This document shows, piece by piece, positions 37,953 through 50,600 of a stretch of 64,000 nucleotides of DNA. Position numbers and translations under genes: made by a program. The notes under the pieces were generated by a model. It was not told the origin of the DNA and did not search any database. It saw only the letters and a list, made by a program, of their open reading frames with translations. The stretch lies in assembly GCA_038496445.1 (NCBI GenBank), contig JALMLS010000455.1:248001-312000 (forward strand). Reading direction: 5' to 3'. Every line of letters starts with the position of its first letter. Position 1 is the stretch's first letter. Source of the DNA: Trichosphaerium sp. ATCC 40318 (Eukaryota; Protista; Tubulinea).

Positions 37953-40038
37953 ATGAGCGTCAAACGTAAATCAGAAGCTCTTGATGAAAGTTTAGACCTT
38001 GGAGAAGAACCAGCACCCAAAAAACAAAAAGTCTCCGATGATGATGACGCTATGGAAGGTGTGGAGTCAACAACGCCAAATGAAGCTCAAATAAACGAAG
38101 AGTTACAAAGGCGTCGTGAATACGCTAAACGGTAGCAAATTACCTTCCAAGTGACGGCCGTTAACACCATACGCGTATAGCTTCGGTTTGGCTATAAAAG
38201 ATACTGCAGGGTCAGCACCAATCAGAGCAAATCGTACCAAGCGCTATTACAACGAAGACGAATCGAAGTACACAATGGGTATGGATTTCAGTTCAGACGA
38301 AGCAATGCAGAAGATGAAAGCAAGAGGTACGCCCAAAACCCAATACTTTCGCGACTACAGAGCGAATACAAACAAAAAAAAAACTCAATTAAAATAAAAA
38401 TCGTGTCAAATGTCTTTTCTCTTCTTATTCTTGTTGTAGCTAGTAAATATGGACTTGATGAACCTAAAGAAGAAGCTTTGATTGAAATCGAGTACTCAGA
38501 GGAAATGAGAGGTAAGAAACAGACAAAAAAAACGCATCAATTTCCATCTTTTACAAAAACATCTCTTATTCATTAACCAAATTCCACTTTCCTGACACCG
38601 TCATTTGACATCTAAAGTATCTAAAATTTTATAAATTATACCATACTTCTGCTGTATCACTAAGCTTACAAAGCACATGTGACTGGTTTCGTGATGTTAT
38701 AAAACTTTTTGACTTTTTTTTTTTATTCCTTGTTCAAAAAGTAATGTTTCTTTTAGAGCCTCGTGGTAATGAAACAATAAGAGCTGAAGCTATACATATG
38801 TTTGGTACAAGTAAAATGAGTACAGATGATATATTCAAATACTGGGGTATTTATAGACCATCTTTTGTTGAATGGCTTAATGACTCTTCATGTACGTAAA
38901 GGATTCAAAAAAAAACACGTGAGAAATTTCTGTTTTGCTTAAATTACAATCAATAGGTAATGTTGTATTTAAAGAAAGCAATACTGTTGAACGTGCATTG
39001 AATAGAAGCACAAAACCTACTACAAATCCAAAATGGCGTATAGGAGAAGTAAGTAGAAGATGAAAGACAATTTTTTGTTTGTGCTGGTAACAACAAAAAA
39101 CGAGCTTATGTCTAAACTTAATAGTATTGGAGAGGTCGCCAGATTCTGGCAAGAAAAGCAACAAATAGGGATGTAAAATCAAGAGGTGTTGCTGGAAGAG
39201 ATAGTCAGTACTATAGAACACTCGGAAGGTATGTTTTTATCACCAACATAGAAACGAAACAAACAACTTTTTTTCGAAATTTTTTACCAATCAGCGTCAC
39301 GTGGTTCAACGCATAACCTTTGCGCAACCAATTTTCTAAGAACTATGAGTTGATTTATAGACAATTCATAATTTTATGTTTTATTTAAGTTGTTGTTAGG
39401 AGGAATAACAATAGCTATGGAAGAGGAAGAAATACTGCAACTACAAACCAAGTAAAACCAACAATTATAATATCTGAAGAAGAAAAACGTAGACGTGATG
39501 CTAGAGCAAAAAGGTTTGGTATATTACCATCAAATACTGCAACTGTAAAAGTAGAAAGCAACACATCAAATGTACGTACACAAACTTTTGTTTTGAAACA
39601 AAAATTTCGAACAACTCTGCAGTTCCAACCACATGTGGGTTCCCTTGTACTACGAACTTGATCGCTTTTACTATTGTATAAATCTTTATGCTCTAGTTGT
39701 GAGTGCGTTAAGGTATTTTGCGGTCGTGGGAACCACTTGTGCGAAAGAAGACTAACGAAATTGTTTGGTGGTTTTTTGGGGTTTTTGGAATTTTGAGCTT
39801 GGAGCATTTGGACTTTAATTAACTTTGGTTTCAGGATACAAGTGACATTGATGGAAAGAGTGAACCTAAGGTTGAAGAACCGAAAGAGGTCATAGAGACC
39901 AGCATTGTAAAAGAAGAAGTGGGTCTAGGATACAAAGATAAGACAATAGTTTTGGATAAAGAAGCTGATGGACAAGAAGAAGAGCTCGATCTTGGAGAAG
40001 ATAATGAAGGAGAAGATGATTTAGATTTAGGAGAATAG
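37953..40038 (+). CDS. NCBP3: Nuclear cap-binding protein subunit 3 (DUF2414)
   Basis: Exon ~38758-38892 encodes IRAEAIHMFGTSKMSTDDIFKYWGIYRPSFVEWLNDSSC|NVVF, the NCBP3 signature. RxxRFG motifs and an acidic C-terminus are also present. Confidence 0.88.
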
Positions 40039-40373
40039 AATAACCAAAAAAAACCAGAATAATGGTATAAGCCCATTATTGTCCACTAAAACAAAAAAAC
40101 ACATTAAAAAAAATAAACTTGTACAAATACTATTGGAACTTGCGTCACAATGTTGCTAAACTTTTGCTATTGCCTTTATTCTTTAGCCAATAGTTACTTT
40201 CCTGCAGCAATGTTTCGTGGACCTTCAAATTCGTTTACTTCTTGCTTTTTTGTTTTAAATGTGTGATAGCTTTGATGGTTTCCATTATTTTATCCAAACC
40301 TAGCCATACTCTTTGTTTGATGGTAGAAACAACTACTCAAACTGCTACTTTATTAAATACACTCTTATACATG

Positions 40374-43300
40374 TTATGGTTGTGAGGCTATACTCGCTGA
40401 ACTAACACCCCTTGTGGAGCTACCTCCACTTGTTGTCCATCCTCTTACTGGCTTAAAGTATCCTTTCAGCAATTGTCTAAATGCTCTAGATCATAAAAAG
40501 TGAGTTTATCAAAAAGGCTAGAGTTGAACAAAATGCGAATATTATAGGAAATAGTGGAAAGTTGGCAACTCAAGAAGAATGCATATGGGTCGATAAAATT
40601 AATGTTAAAAGCAACCAGAGGCACAAAAATTTGCAGCAAAAAATAAAAGCATGCTTGTGTGAATACAAACAAAATGGGTAGGGTATTTTTGCGTACCTTG
40701 AGAAAAAAAATGCTATGAGGATCGGTAAGCCGTTACCTTAACAAAAGAGTCAATACAATAGAAACCACCAACAAGCACAGATAAAATAATACAGCAGGAT
40801 AGTTGAAAGTAATACAAGAGATAAAATACGTACACCCAACACAGAAAATAAATATAACCTGTATCCATATTGGAGGTCTTTCAACTGAACAAGCTGAAGG
40901 ATCACCAGTAGCAAGCAAGCATATTGCGAACTCTGGTTGATCTGTGGGTATAGTTTGAACATAAACGAAACAACTAAAGCAAGTATAAATACGAGAGAGC
41001 GATACAAAAAAAAAAAGGAAAAGATGGATTGAAATCAAGTTTAGCGTACCTGTACAAACAAACAAGTATACCGAAATACACTATAACAAAAGCAATAACT
41101 AAATTCCTTGCATTATCTCTTCTTGCTGTGTTTGAGCTGTTTGGTTGCTACAGGAAAAACGATGAGTTTGACAAAAACACTACAATAAATAACAAAAAAA
41201 ACACAATCCATCGAAATATAGCAGTCAAGCTGTTCGTTACGTACACTATACAATATATAGAGTATGTATATAAAACTTGCAGTACCCACTATTGTACAAG
41301 GTATCACAGGAAATCCATAAAAAAATATCCACAGGGACCACCTGTATTCAGTTGTAGCTAAACAAAATATCTTTTAGTACAAGCCAACAACAGTGTCTAT
41401 GCCAAACTTACCGAAACAAAAGGTGAGGCCTGGTGAGGATACAAATAAACTAGAGCATAGTACAACCAATACTATCAATGAAGGCACTCCCCATAATAGT
41501 GAGTACACTGTCTAAAGTAGGAGATTAGCAGAAGATGTGAGTGGTTTTCAAAGTAAACTGGAACGTACCATTCGATAATATAGGGGAAATTGTCCTTTGA
41601 GGAACCTTACTCCTCTAAAACTAATATATGCCAAATTGAACGCTGTCAATACCCATGCCATTACCAGTTGATTTCCTGAGAACAATAGCACAGCACCTTT
41701 AAAACGTTATAAGTAACATAAAACTTGGGTCGGGTACAACATGCTTATTAAATCTCACAGCTCTTGAAAGCAAATAAAAAATGATACTTGTATGTAAAGT
41801 ACCTTGTACAGTACAAAGCCCATGCCATGCATGAGAGTTTCTCGCTTCATTTTCACATAAAAACGCTGAAGGAGTAATAGCACCAACAAAGATAGCGAAC
41901 CCTGACAGTATAGAATCCATGGATAGTACAATAAAAAACTGCGTTTGAAAGCTTCTAAATCTAAACAAAAAACGGGTTGTCAGAACAAGATATACAGAGA
42001 AAGATAAGAGGTTGTACTTTCTGTTTGAAACGAATACTAGAAAACTAAATAATCCACAACATAAACCAATAGCACCAAAAACAGCTGATAAATTAAACAG
42101 CAAGTCATACTCAGCATCTGGACAAAGTAGTCGTTAATAAGTACCTATAGTAAATAGAGACCTACCGGTGTACAACGGAGAAGGACATTTATAGCATGGT
42201 GCTTCAACTAAATAAGAAAAAAATATGTATTTCGTTACGTGAACAGGTGGTTTGTTTTTTAACGTACATATACTAAAGTCTGTAGCTTCAGGATCTGGAA
42301 GTAAAAGAGGCGGGGAACACAACAAAGCAGTCTCATTATTTGGTGCTACATACAAACATTAGTTAATACCTAAGAAAACAAAAAAACTGGCAACTGGACA
42401 TTGCAGAAGTACAAATCTAGAAACAGCGGTTTTTCTCACTACACCACCAATATTTATGCCATATAGTAATCTTGTATTACGACCAAGGTTTTGTAGCACA
42501 CATGCAGCGACTGACAAGTCGATTTGTAGGTGATGTGGTGAGACAAAGCAACCTTTGGTCCAAAGTACTTCCAGATTTTACAGCCTTTGAACATTTTGTT
42601 TGAGTGACGTACTGTTAGTAGCGTTGCTGTTGCAAGTTGGGTCAACCAATCTAACATCTGTACAATCAGGAAGCGTTATACCAAACGAAAGAAAAGCAGA
42701 ACAGTCAACAGGGATATTTTCACAAACATCAATGCAAGGTCTTAATCTACTATCTGGATCTGATGTTTCGCATCTCTGAAAACCAGCAGCGCAAGCATAA
42801 CGCACAGCAGTTATCCTACATTGTGTACCGCCTACTAAGTCTAGGACGTCTACACCAACCAGTTCTCCTTCAATCAAACTAACACAAGACTGTTAATTGT
42901 AGAATCAGGAAAAGAGTTTTGTCGGTTTTTTTTGCTGAAGAAAAATAGATACGAAGTCACAAAACACATCCTAGAGTAATTTTTTTGCATCAATACGTTT
43001 GTTGGGCGTATTTAAGCAACTTGTTACGAAACAAGTAATTAAAATAGCTTCACTGTAACTGTTGATGTTACTGCAGGCGATAGGAGGTAATAAAGTATCG
43101 GTGTTAACGTTTTAGTGGTTCGGAGTCTAGATTGCCCAACAATAAATAAAAGGTGCGCGTACGCTTGTTGTTGTGCTTGTGTAGTGTTGTCAAGTATAAA
43201 TACGATAGTTCCGGCTACAATTTCTTCATCACATCTAATTGTCATAAGTTTATACTCATACGCACTAAAACGCGCAGTAAAGGTTATTCGGTACAAAGTT

Positions 43301-43476
43301 AAAACACTTTCACAACAACTTCACCAAACTTACCTATAAGGCGTCCCAGTAGCATTATGTACGTAGGGTAAGCAGCGCCCACTAACAAAGTCTGGTAGCT
43401 GGGCGTGTAAAGCCACAAAACATACTGCAACCAACAATAGGAGCCTAAATATGCTCAATTTATTGCTGAGTTGCAT
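40374..43476 (-). CDS. Frizzled/Smoothened-like (family F) GPCR
   Basis: Signal peptide, Fz-like CRD (CRITAVRYACAAGFQRC...RPCIDVCENIPVDC), CPSPLY linker and several TM exons (CTVQG in the TM3 loop; FAICLLATGDPSACSVERPP in the last extracellular loop). Confidence 0.85.
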
Positions 43477-43524
43477 ACGCGGGGTGTAAATAAATAATGT
43501 CTTAAAAAAGCAAGTTGATTTCGA

Positions 43525-44308
43525 TTTACATTTTGTTCGATTGTGATTCTGGCTTTAATCCTTTCTTTGCTTTGCACCATATGCAATACATATATTACTA
43601 ACAAAAAAGAAAGCACGGGCAATAAGCACGTTCTGTATAGGACCTGTCTTACCTTTAGCGCCAAAGGCAACTCCAACGAAGAACAAGAGTATGCCAACTA
43701 ACATACATCAACAGCAGCTTCAACAGTTATAGCACGTACTCAATGCGTGGGATTTAGTACCACCATGCTTTGCTACTGTCAATGACGCGTGGTACAACGA
43801 ATATAATCCAGCAACAAGGACGTAGATATCATCATATGGAGTCACATGTTTTAGAAAATACTTGGCAATTAAGGACAATGCGAAAACGCCAAAATGAGTT
43901 CCTACAATAAAAAAAACACTGTGTCAAAACACGTGTATTCAAGACTATGTTAGCGCACTTAACGCGAAGGGAAAATCGTTATTCCCAAGTGCCACTGTAA
44001 GGAGGATAGATGGAGCGCCGAAACTCTTGGCTACAGGTACTAGCCTAGAAGTTTTTTAATAATACAGTAAATGCATGTTCGTACAAGTTGTAAACTGGAA
44101 TGGCCTGTTTAATACCAGCGAAACGGAAAGCGCCTGCAAGCGCTGTGACACCTACCTGTTCATAGTGTTAAGAACCCAAATTAATAAAGTGTACACGCAC
44201 TGTAGTAAAACCAAGCCTCGCTAATAGCGACGGAGATGCTCTGTTAGCTGCAAACGCACAAGATGACATCAAAGCAATTTCTGAAGCGACAATGGATAGT
44301 TGACTCAT
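43525..44308 (-). CDS. Multi-pass membrane protein (weak TMEM276-like resemblance; 3' end uncertain)
   Basis: Hydrophobic exons with GT-AG introns: MSQLSIVASEIALMSSCAFAANRASPSLLARLGFTT|VGVTALAGAFRFAG...|LVPVAKSFGAPSILL... Confidence 0.5.
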
Positions 44309-44614
44309 TGTGTTGTACTTCGGTTTTATGAAAGTTTAACCGCTTGACATTTTTGAGCACATTCAGAAAACTGAAGACTAGAGTTTTGACTTAGTTCTTC
44401 AATGCCTCTTGAAAACCGCCAAATGGCCTGGTAGTCATAAAGTAGTTAACGGCAGACAACAAGGCGCAAATTAACATCACATAAGTGCGAAATACATCCA
44501 AACAATTAAAAAAACATCTCATACGCATGAATTCCAGCTAAAAACGATTCTTAGGTGTCTTATGTGGCAACCAAAACAAATACGCTCTAAACATTACTAA
44601 AAGGATAGATAACC

Positions 44615-47189
44615 ATGAGGAATAAACTAGCAGCTAATCTAGGTACCAAATAAGCTATCTACGACATTTTTTAATACTTCCCATAAGTGTCAGCTGGGCC
44701 AGCGAGCAAAATCCAAATAGCAACAGATAGTCAAAAAAGTATGTACCGCTGTACTATTGAAAATATTTCAAAAGAGCTGTCTATACCTGATTTAAGCGGT
44801 TGGTACAATATTAGTACGAATGAACTAAAGGAGAAGAAAATAGCGTTCTTCACGTGCGTGTGCAACATACTTTTTTCGAAAACACGTGATTTTTGACACT
44901 AAAATAAAAACATCGTTCGAACAAAGCTAAAAGTATAAGGTTAGTAGCAGATACAGTGGATCCATTTGCGCTACACTGTATGATGTTTACCCTGCTTATG
45001 ATTGGAAACCATGGAAGTTCAGGTAAGTGTTTTGTTTCATTAGGCAGTCAAGCAACACTCAATATTTAATGGGTTTTATCATCTTTCAGACAAGTTCCGC
45101 AAGAGTATTGGCTAGATGTAGCGAATCAAAGACATTTTTTCGATTGTATTGGAGAAGATATGGATGTTAAATCATTAGATGATTGGTATACCAAGAAGCC
45201 AAGCTCAATGAAAAAAATTGGTGCTAACGCAGTTATCCGGTAAGATGGTTCCTTGCCGTCTAGTAATAGCTTACTTATCCTAGTCACCTTCACCGTGGTT
45301 CAGAACATCTATGCTTCCGAACCATCTACCCTAACTACCAGTGGATACCATGGAAGTTTGTGTACGATTATTCGTTGTAAAAAATGTTTCTATTGGACTT
45401 AATGTCTGTAGACATACAAGGCTTGAAGGTTGGGAAGATCCAGTTTTACAAAGGGATTTTATGGAATGTGTTAGCAAGTATCTACGTATAATGGATATCA
45501 CTTCTTGGTATAAGTACTGTACCGACGAATTTCTATTTACTAGTGCCCGTGAAATGTACGTCACATATGTTATTTATCTTTACAAAGTATGACCACATTG
45601 TTGCTTACTTGTCATACTCTACAACTTTTTTTTGACTCCTTGTGATTATTATCTCACTATGTGGTTATAAAAAAAGGACAAAGTGGTTGCCTGGAGAACG
45701 TAATCTCTTAAATTTATTCTTTGTCAAAGGGTTACACAAGAGACAGATGATGAACATTTTCAAAAACACAGACTGTATGGATAGTAATATTCTGGAGGTT
45801 CACCCAAACTAACTAGAGATAAGGGATGACCACGATCCAGAATATCTACTGCGTCACAACATAATGTTCAAAATAGGAAAAAAGATTCTACAGCAGTTAC
45901 GTTTAAAGTTTAAAACTCTTACTTGTTACTATCTTTTTTTAAATGACTTTATTGATTTCTTGTGCCTAGGCATGGTGGACGTATTCAACGAGCACTCAGG
46001 AATATTTATCCTCATTATGAATGGAGGTTTGAGTCTGATGGTACAAGTGGCTACTGGTTATCAACGACAAATCAAAGGAGTTTTCTGCTGCGTTTAAAAA
46101 GACAGTTTAACATTTCAAGCCCAGAAATGTGGTAAGCTTCTTTCTCCCTTGAAAATAGACTAACAAACGTTTCTTTCACTACCATTAGGTACAGAATTTC
46201 AAATGCTGATTTTAGAGCGAATGCTACAAGCGGGATACGGCAGGTTTGGCCTCAAATGTTGACACAACTTGAACCTCATTTTAACTGGGATTGGACAAAG
46301 TTTGCATGGCAAGGAAAGGCGTCAAAACAAAGGTATAGATAGTGATAGTTGGTACAGCAGGCACCAAGTTAAAAGTTTACTTTCATGTCCATAATCCAGA
46401 AATGTTGACAGGTGTCCTTGCTGTACCTTTGTTGGAGTTAATTTTGGCTAAAAAAATGTGCCACAGGCTACTGTATGAAGCTGTTAAAGAGATACTGCCA
46501 AGTATGATTATTCTAGAGGAGCATATAATAGGTGTAAGTGGCTTCAAATTTTAAATTCTTGAAAAAACAGTTTCAACACGTAGACTAAAAAAACCCGTGT
46601 ACTGACACTTGACTGAATTTCTTAGGTTCGTGGACAAACAAACTCTCCTTTGTCGGTAGATGTTTATATCGCTGATTACAATATTGCTCTCGAATACCAG
46701 GGTATAGTTTAAACCGTCTAAAAAGAAATTTACATGTCATTGATAACTAACTGTCAAAAAAGGAGAACAACACTTTCGTGATCGTATTTTTGTTGGACAT
46801 TTTTCGTCTGTTCAACGAATACAAGACACTGAAAAAATGAATATATGCGAAGCAGCAGGTACGTCAAGAACGTAACATAAAAGAAAAAATCAAAGGTTAA
46901 TTTTATGCTTCTTTTTTTAGGCATAACTCTTGTACATGTTCCGTTCTGGTGGAATGGCGATAAAGGACAAATTGCTGCAACCTTACGGCACTTTATGCCA
47001 CACTTGAACCGTTTAATAGTTCCTCAAGGTGCTAAACCTCTCTCGGATCATTTACCATCTGGTGACCGTACGTCAAAGCCACGATCAACAATAGTTTTCA
47101 TAGTTCACTTATTTTATTCTTGTTGAACAGTAAACCTACGAATGATGCAAGTGTCAACTGAGTTCGTCGCAAGAGATATGGCCAGCTAA
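44615..47189 (+). CDS. Tandem 'DWY' repeat protein (4 repeats) with C-terminal PD-(D/E)xK / DUF559-Vsr-like nuclease domain, paralog 2
   Basis: Units LSIPDLSGWYNI...VYPAYDWKPWKF, VPQEYWLDVANQRHFFD...LDDWY...IYPNYQWIPWKF, WEDPVLQRDFME...TSWY...IYPHYEWRF and YWLSTTNQRSFL...PEMW|Y. Then SKQR|LLYEAVKEILP...SVDVYIADYNIALEYQG|EQHF...DTEKMNICEAAG|ITLVHVPFWW. Confidence 0.85.
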
Positions 47190-47604
47190 GTTAGGCTATT
47201 TTTGTCCTAAAATGAACATAAGATGGAAAGGTGCAAAACTTGTATAAAGAGATAATGGATGTCAACGTACTCTGTATTGGAAAATTACAAAGATGAATCA
47301 AACCAACACCGATTTTGCCTGTCAAAAGCAAGGTATTGACAAAACGTGTTTCTTGTACGCTGTAAATAAACACTACGCACTTGAAAAGCGATAGAATCAA
47401 AAGGTTTGACACAACAAATCAAGCGTTGTTCAATTAATTTGCACGCTTAACAGAACGCTACTGGTGAGTGTATTAATAGGTTTCACACTAATTCACACAA
47501 AGCTTGTTAAGAGTTTTAACAAAAAACTTCGTTTTAACGTAAAAGTGTTCACGGCGTACAAAAAGGTTGAGTGTATGTTTAAAAGAGACTAGCGGTTTAG
47601 AATA

Positions 47605-50600
47605 ATGGCAAAGAGCAAGGCTACGTGTAGCTTAGTTATCGATGCTAACAATGAATGCTCTTTGGAGTCTCTCGACGCATGCATAACGCTCACGGGTAAT
47701 TTTTAGCTCTTTTTGAGAGAATTAGCGTCCCAATTAACTAAAATATGTACCAAGGCTTTCTCGCGTATGCTAGTGTAACCATGATATGGAAGAATCCGTT
47801 AAATGAAGAAAAAGAAGGAGAGGTATGAAACGGTAGAATGCGAAACGCTAAAAACGCCTGCAGCTCGTTTTTCCGATGCCTGATGACGCCAAAGTAACGT
47901 CTTACGCGCTTGACATTGGAGGGAAACTTGTGCCAGCAACGATTGTCGAAGTACGTAGCATGCACCTGTAGACTGTCTAATGTCCTACAAGCGTGAAGTA
48001 GCAAGGGTTGCTTACGAAGTTGAAGAACGTGTAGTTGTCAAAGAAACTTCAACAAAAAACTTTGTCGCTCCTTTACAGCCAACAGCAGTTACGTTTTCTG
48101 TGGTAGAAGAGACAATTGGAAACGAGTTCAAAACAAGAATATTTCCGCTTCCAAAAAACAGTGCGTGCTTCCACTAGCTACCACACCATTATTAACTTGT
48201 ATCAGGTACCCGCACAGTTAAAATAGAGTTCCACTGGGAGATTAAGCGTGAACCAAATGAGTCAGAGCTCTCACTTCCCATAATTGTGAAAAACACAGTG
48301 AAAACATTTAATCTTAGTGTACCCTTTATCACTTGTTATTACACAACTAACAGTACATCCAGGTCATTGCAGACTCTGTCGTAGCACCAAAACTGTATAA
48401 TAACAAGAAACGAGTGCCACAGCATCGATGGACACACGAAGAGAATGCATGGCGCTATTCACACTCACTAAAAGACCATGCAATCTCAAGCGGAATATCT
48501 CTTTCTATACCAAAAATTCCCTCTGTTGTGCTTGGCAAGCATAACAACGAAGTAAGTACTTAAACATTTAACGTTACGCAGCTTTGTTTACACTACGTTC
48601 CTATTATTTTCTTAAAAACAAGATATTTACTAATATCTGTGCAGACTTTCTTTGCTATCAATGATATCCCTAATGTTCCAAAAACAGCAACAACACTTGA
48701 TTCAAAAAGTAAAATTGCAATACTATGGGATGCTAGTCTATCACGTGCAAAAGTAGATAAGAAAGAAGAATATAATGTATTGCGTGCTCTTCACAAAAAG
48801 GTAAAAATCTCACAGGCAGTTCTTACTGAGCTTCAACTAGCTGGGCGTTTGTGGAGTAGACCTATTCGTATTTAGAAATATAGTGGAGTCTCCTCAAGCA
48901 CTCAAACTTGGATCTAACCTTATAGAAACGTTAGAGAAGGTAAGTAAATGATTGATAAAACAAGAAATGAAGATTAAGAATAAACTGTAGATTAAGTATG
49001 ATGGTGGAACAATTTTAAGCGATTTTAAATGGTCTCTTGATTACAGCTGCTATCTCTTATTTACTGATGGCATGGAAACTATGACTTTAAATAACGATAA
49101 ATGTGATATACCTGTACCTATTCACGTGCTCTCTAGTAGTAAAAAAAGTAACAAAAAATTCTTGAAAGTATTAGGTACATTTACTTGTACTTCGTTCTCA
49201 ACTAACTATAATGGCTCATAGCTCGTAAAAGCGGTGGAAAGTACTTTAAATTATGGGAGCAAATGTCATCCGATTCAATTGCTAAACGAGTGTGTTCACC
49301 TCAGTTTTCTCTACTTGCAGTAACTACGAAAAATATTGACATAAAAGACAATGTGTCTAAGGTCTATCCATCAATACCCACGCCTTGTGATTCGGATATG
49401 AACATATCTGGTACAATATCAGGAACTCAGCCTATAGAACTTGTCTTGGTACGTGTTTCTAATATAACTAAGTTTTAATACAAGCTCAATAGCAATACGG
49501 TTATGGTAGTACTTGCACCTTGAAGAAAACTTACACAGTGGACCCAAAGGCAGCAATAGTATCACGTGCATGTTCAATATTCTGGGCTCAATGTAAGATA
49601 TCAGAACTCGAGTTATTTCCAGAGATAGATGGCAACGATAAAGCCATAACAGAAGTAAGTCACAACATGTCTTCGAATCAATAACAATTTATTTTAGGTT
49701 GGAAAGAGCTTTGGCATTGTAACATCTAACACTTCTCTACTTTTACTGGAGAGTTTATCTCAATATTTGAAACGTTTGTCTTCACTATTTCCTTGAAAAG
49801 ACTTGTAACTTGTAACGCTTTGAATAGATGATATCGAACCTCCTGCACAGCTTGAGGAGATCCGAAAGCAATACCTTGAAATCAAAAAAGGAAAAGACGA
49901 TCAGAAAGAAGCTGTTGAACGTGAAAGGGTATTTCTTTTCGTCTTTTATACTTTTGGTTTGTTAACAATATTTAAGCTTAATCATGTCCTTGGCATGTGG
50001 CATAGACGTTTGGCTTGGTGGAATGACGATCAAACTTGCCCAGAGTTCGTTTGATTACCTTGTCTTTTACATCAAGACACGGAAACTTACCTATTTGTAG
50101 GCATCCTGAACCGTTCTCACTCCATCATTGTACATACCCACAAGGTGTTGATACTTACTCTACAGCAGATTCTTCTTGGAGTGAATACAAGTGCGTAACT
50201 AATCATAGTAGTTTATATATGATAAAGAACTCATGAGTAGCTTTGAGCTTCAGAAAAAGGAACTGCGAACAGAAGATAGTCAACGAGTCAACATTGACAA
50301 ACACGTTCAAGATTTACGTGATTACATCACAACACTACGTGAAGCACAACAACGTACGCCCTTGTTTTTTAGCAATAGCTTTGTGTACCTCTTGAACTAA
50401 TATTTTTCCTTATGAAGGTTTTGCTGGAAGCAAGACATTACAAAAGATGACATGTGGTGCTGTTATAAGAACTGCCAAACGGCATATTGTAGTAAAACAA
50501 TACACTTTCGAAAGATTCTTGGAGAAAGCAAGGTTCCTTAGCTTGGCAGCTGTTGCAATTTCCAGCGAAGTCAGGTACATTCTGAAACTAATTTCTTCAT

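Noticed and set aside
32585-47189. Repeat-nuclease genes as transposons or homing elements
   Set aside because: No terminal repeats, target-site duplications or RT/transposase seen; the genes are intron-rich and flanked by ordinary genes.
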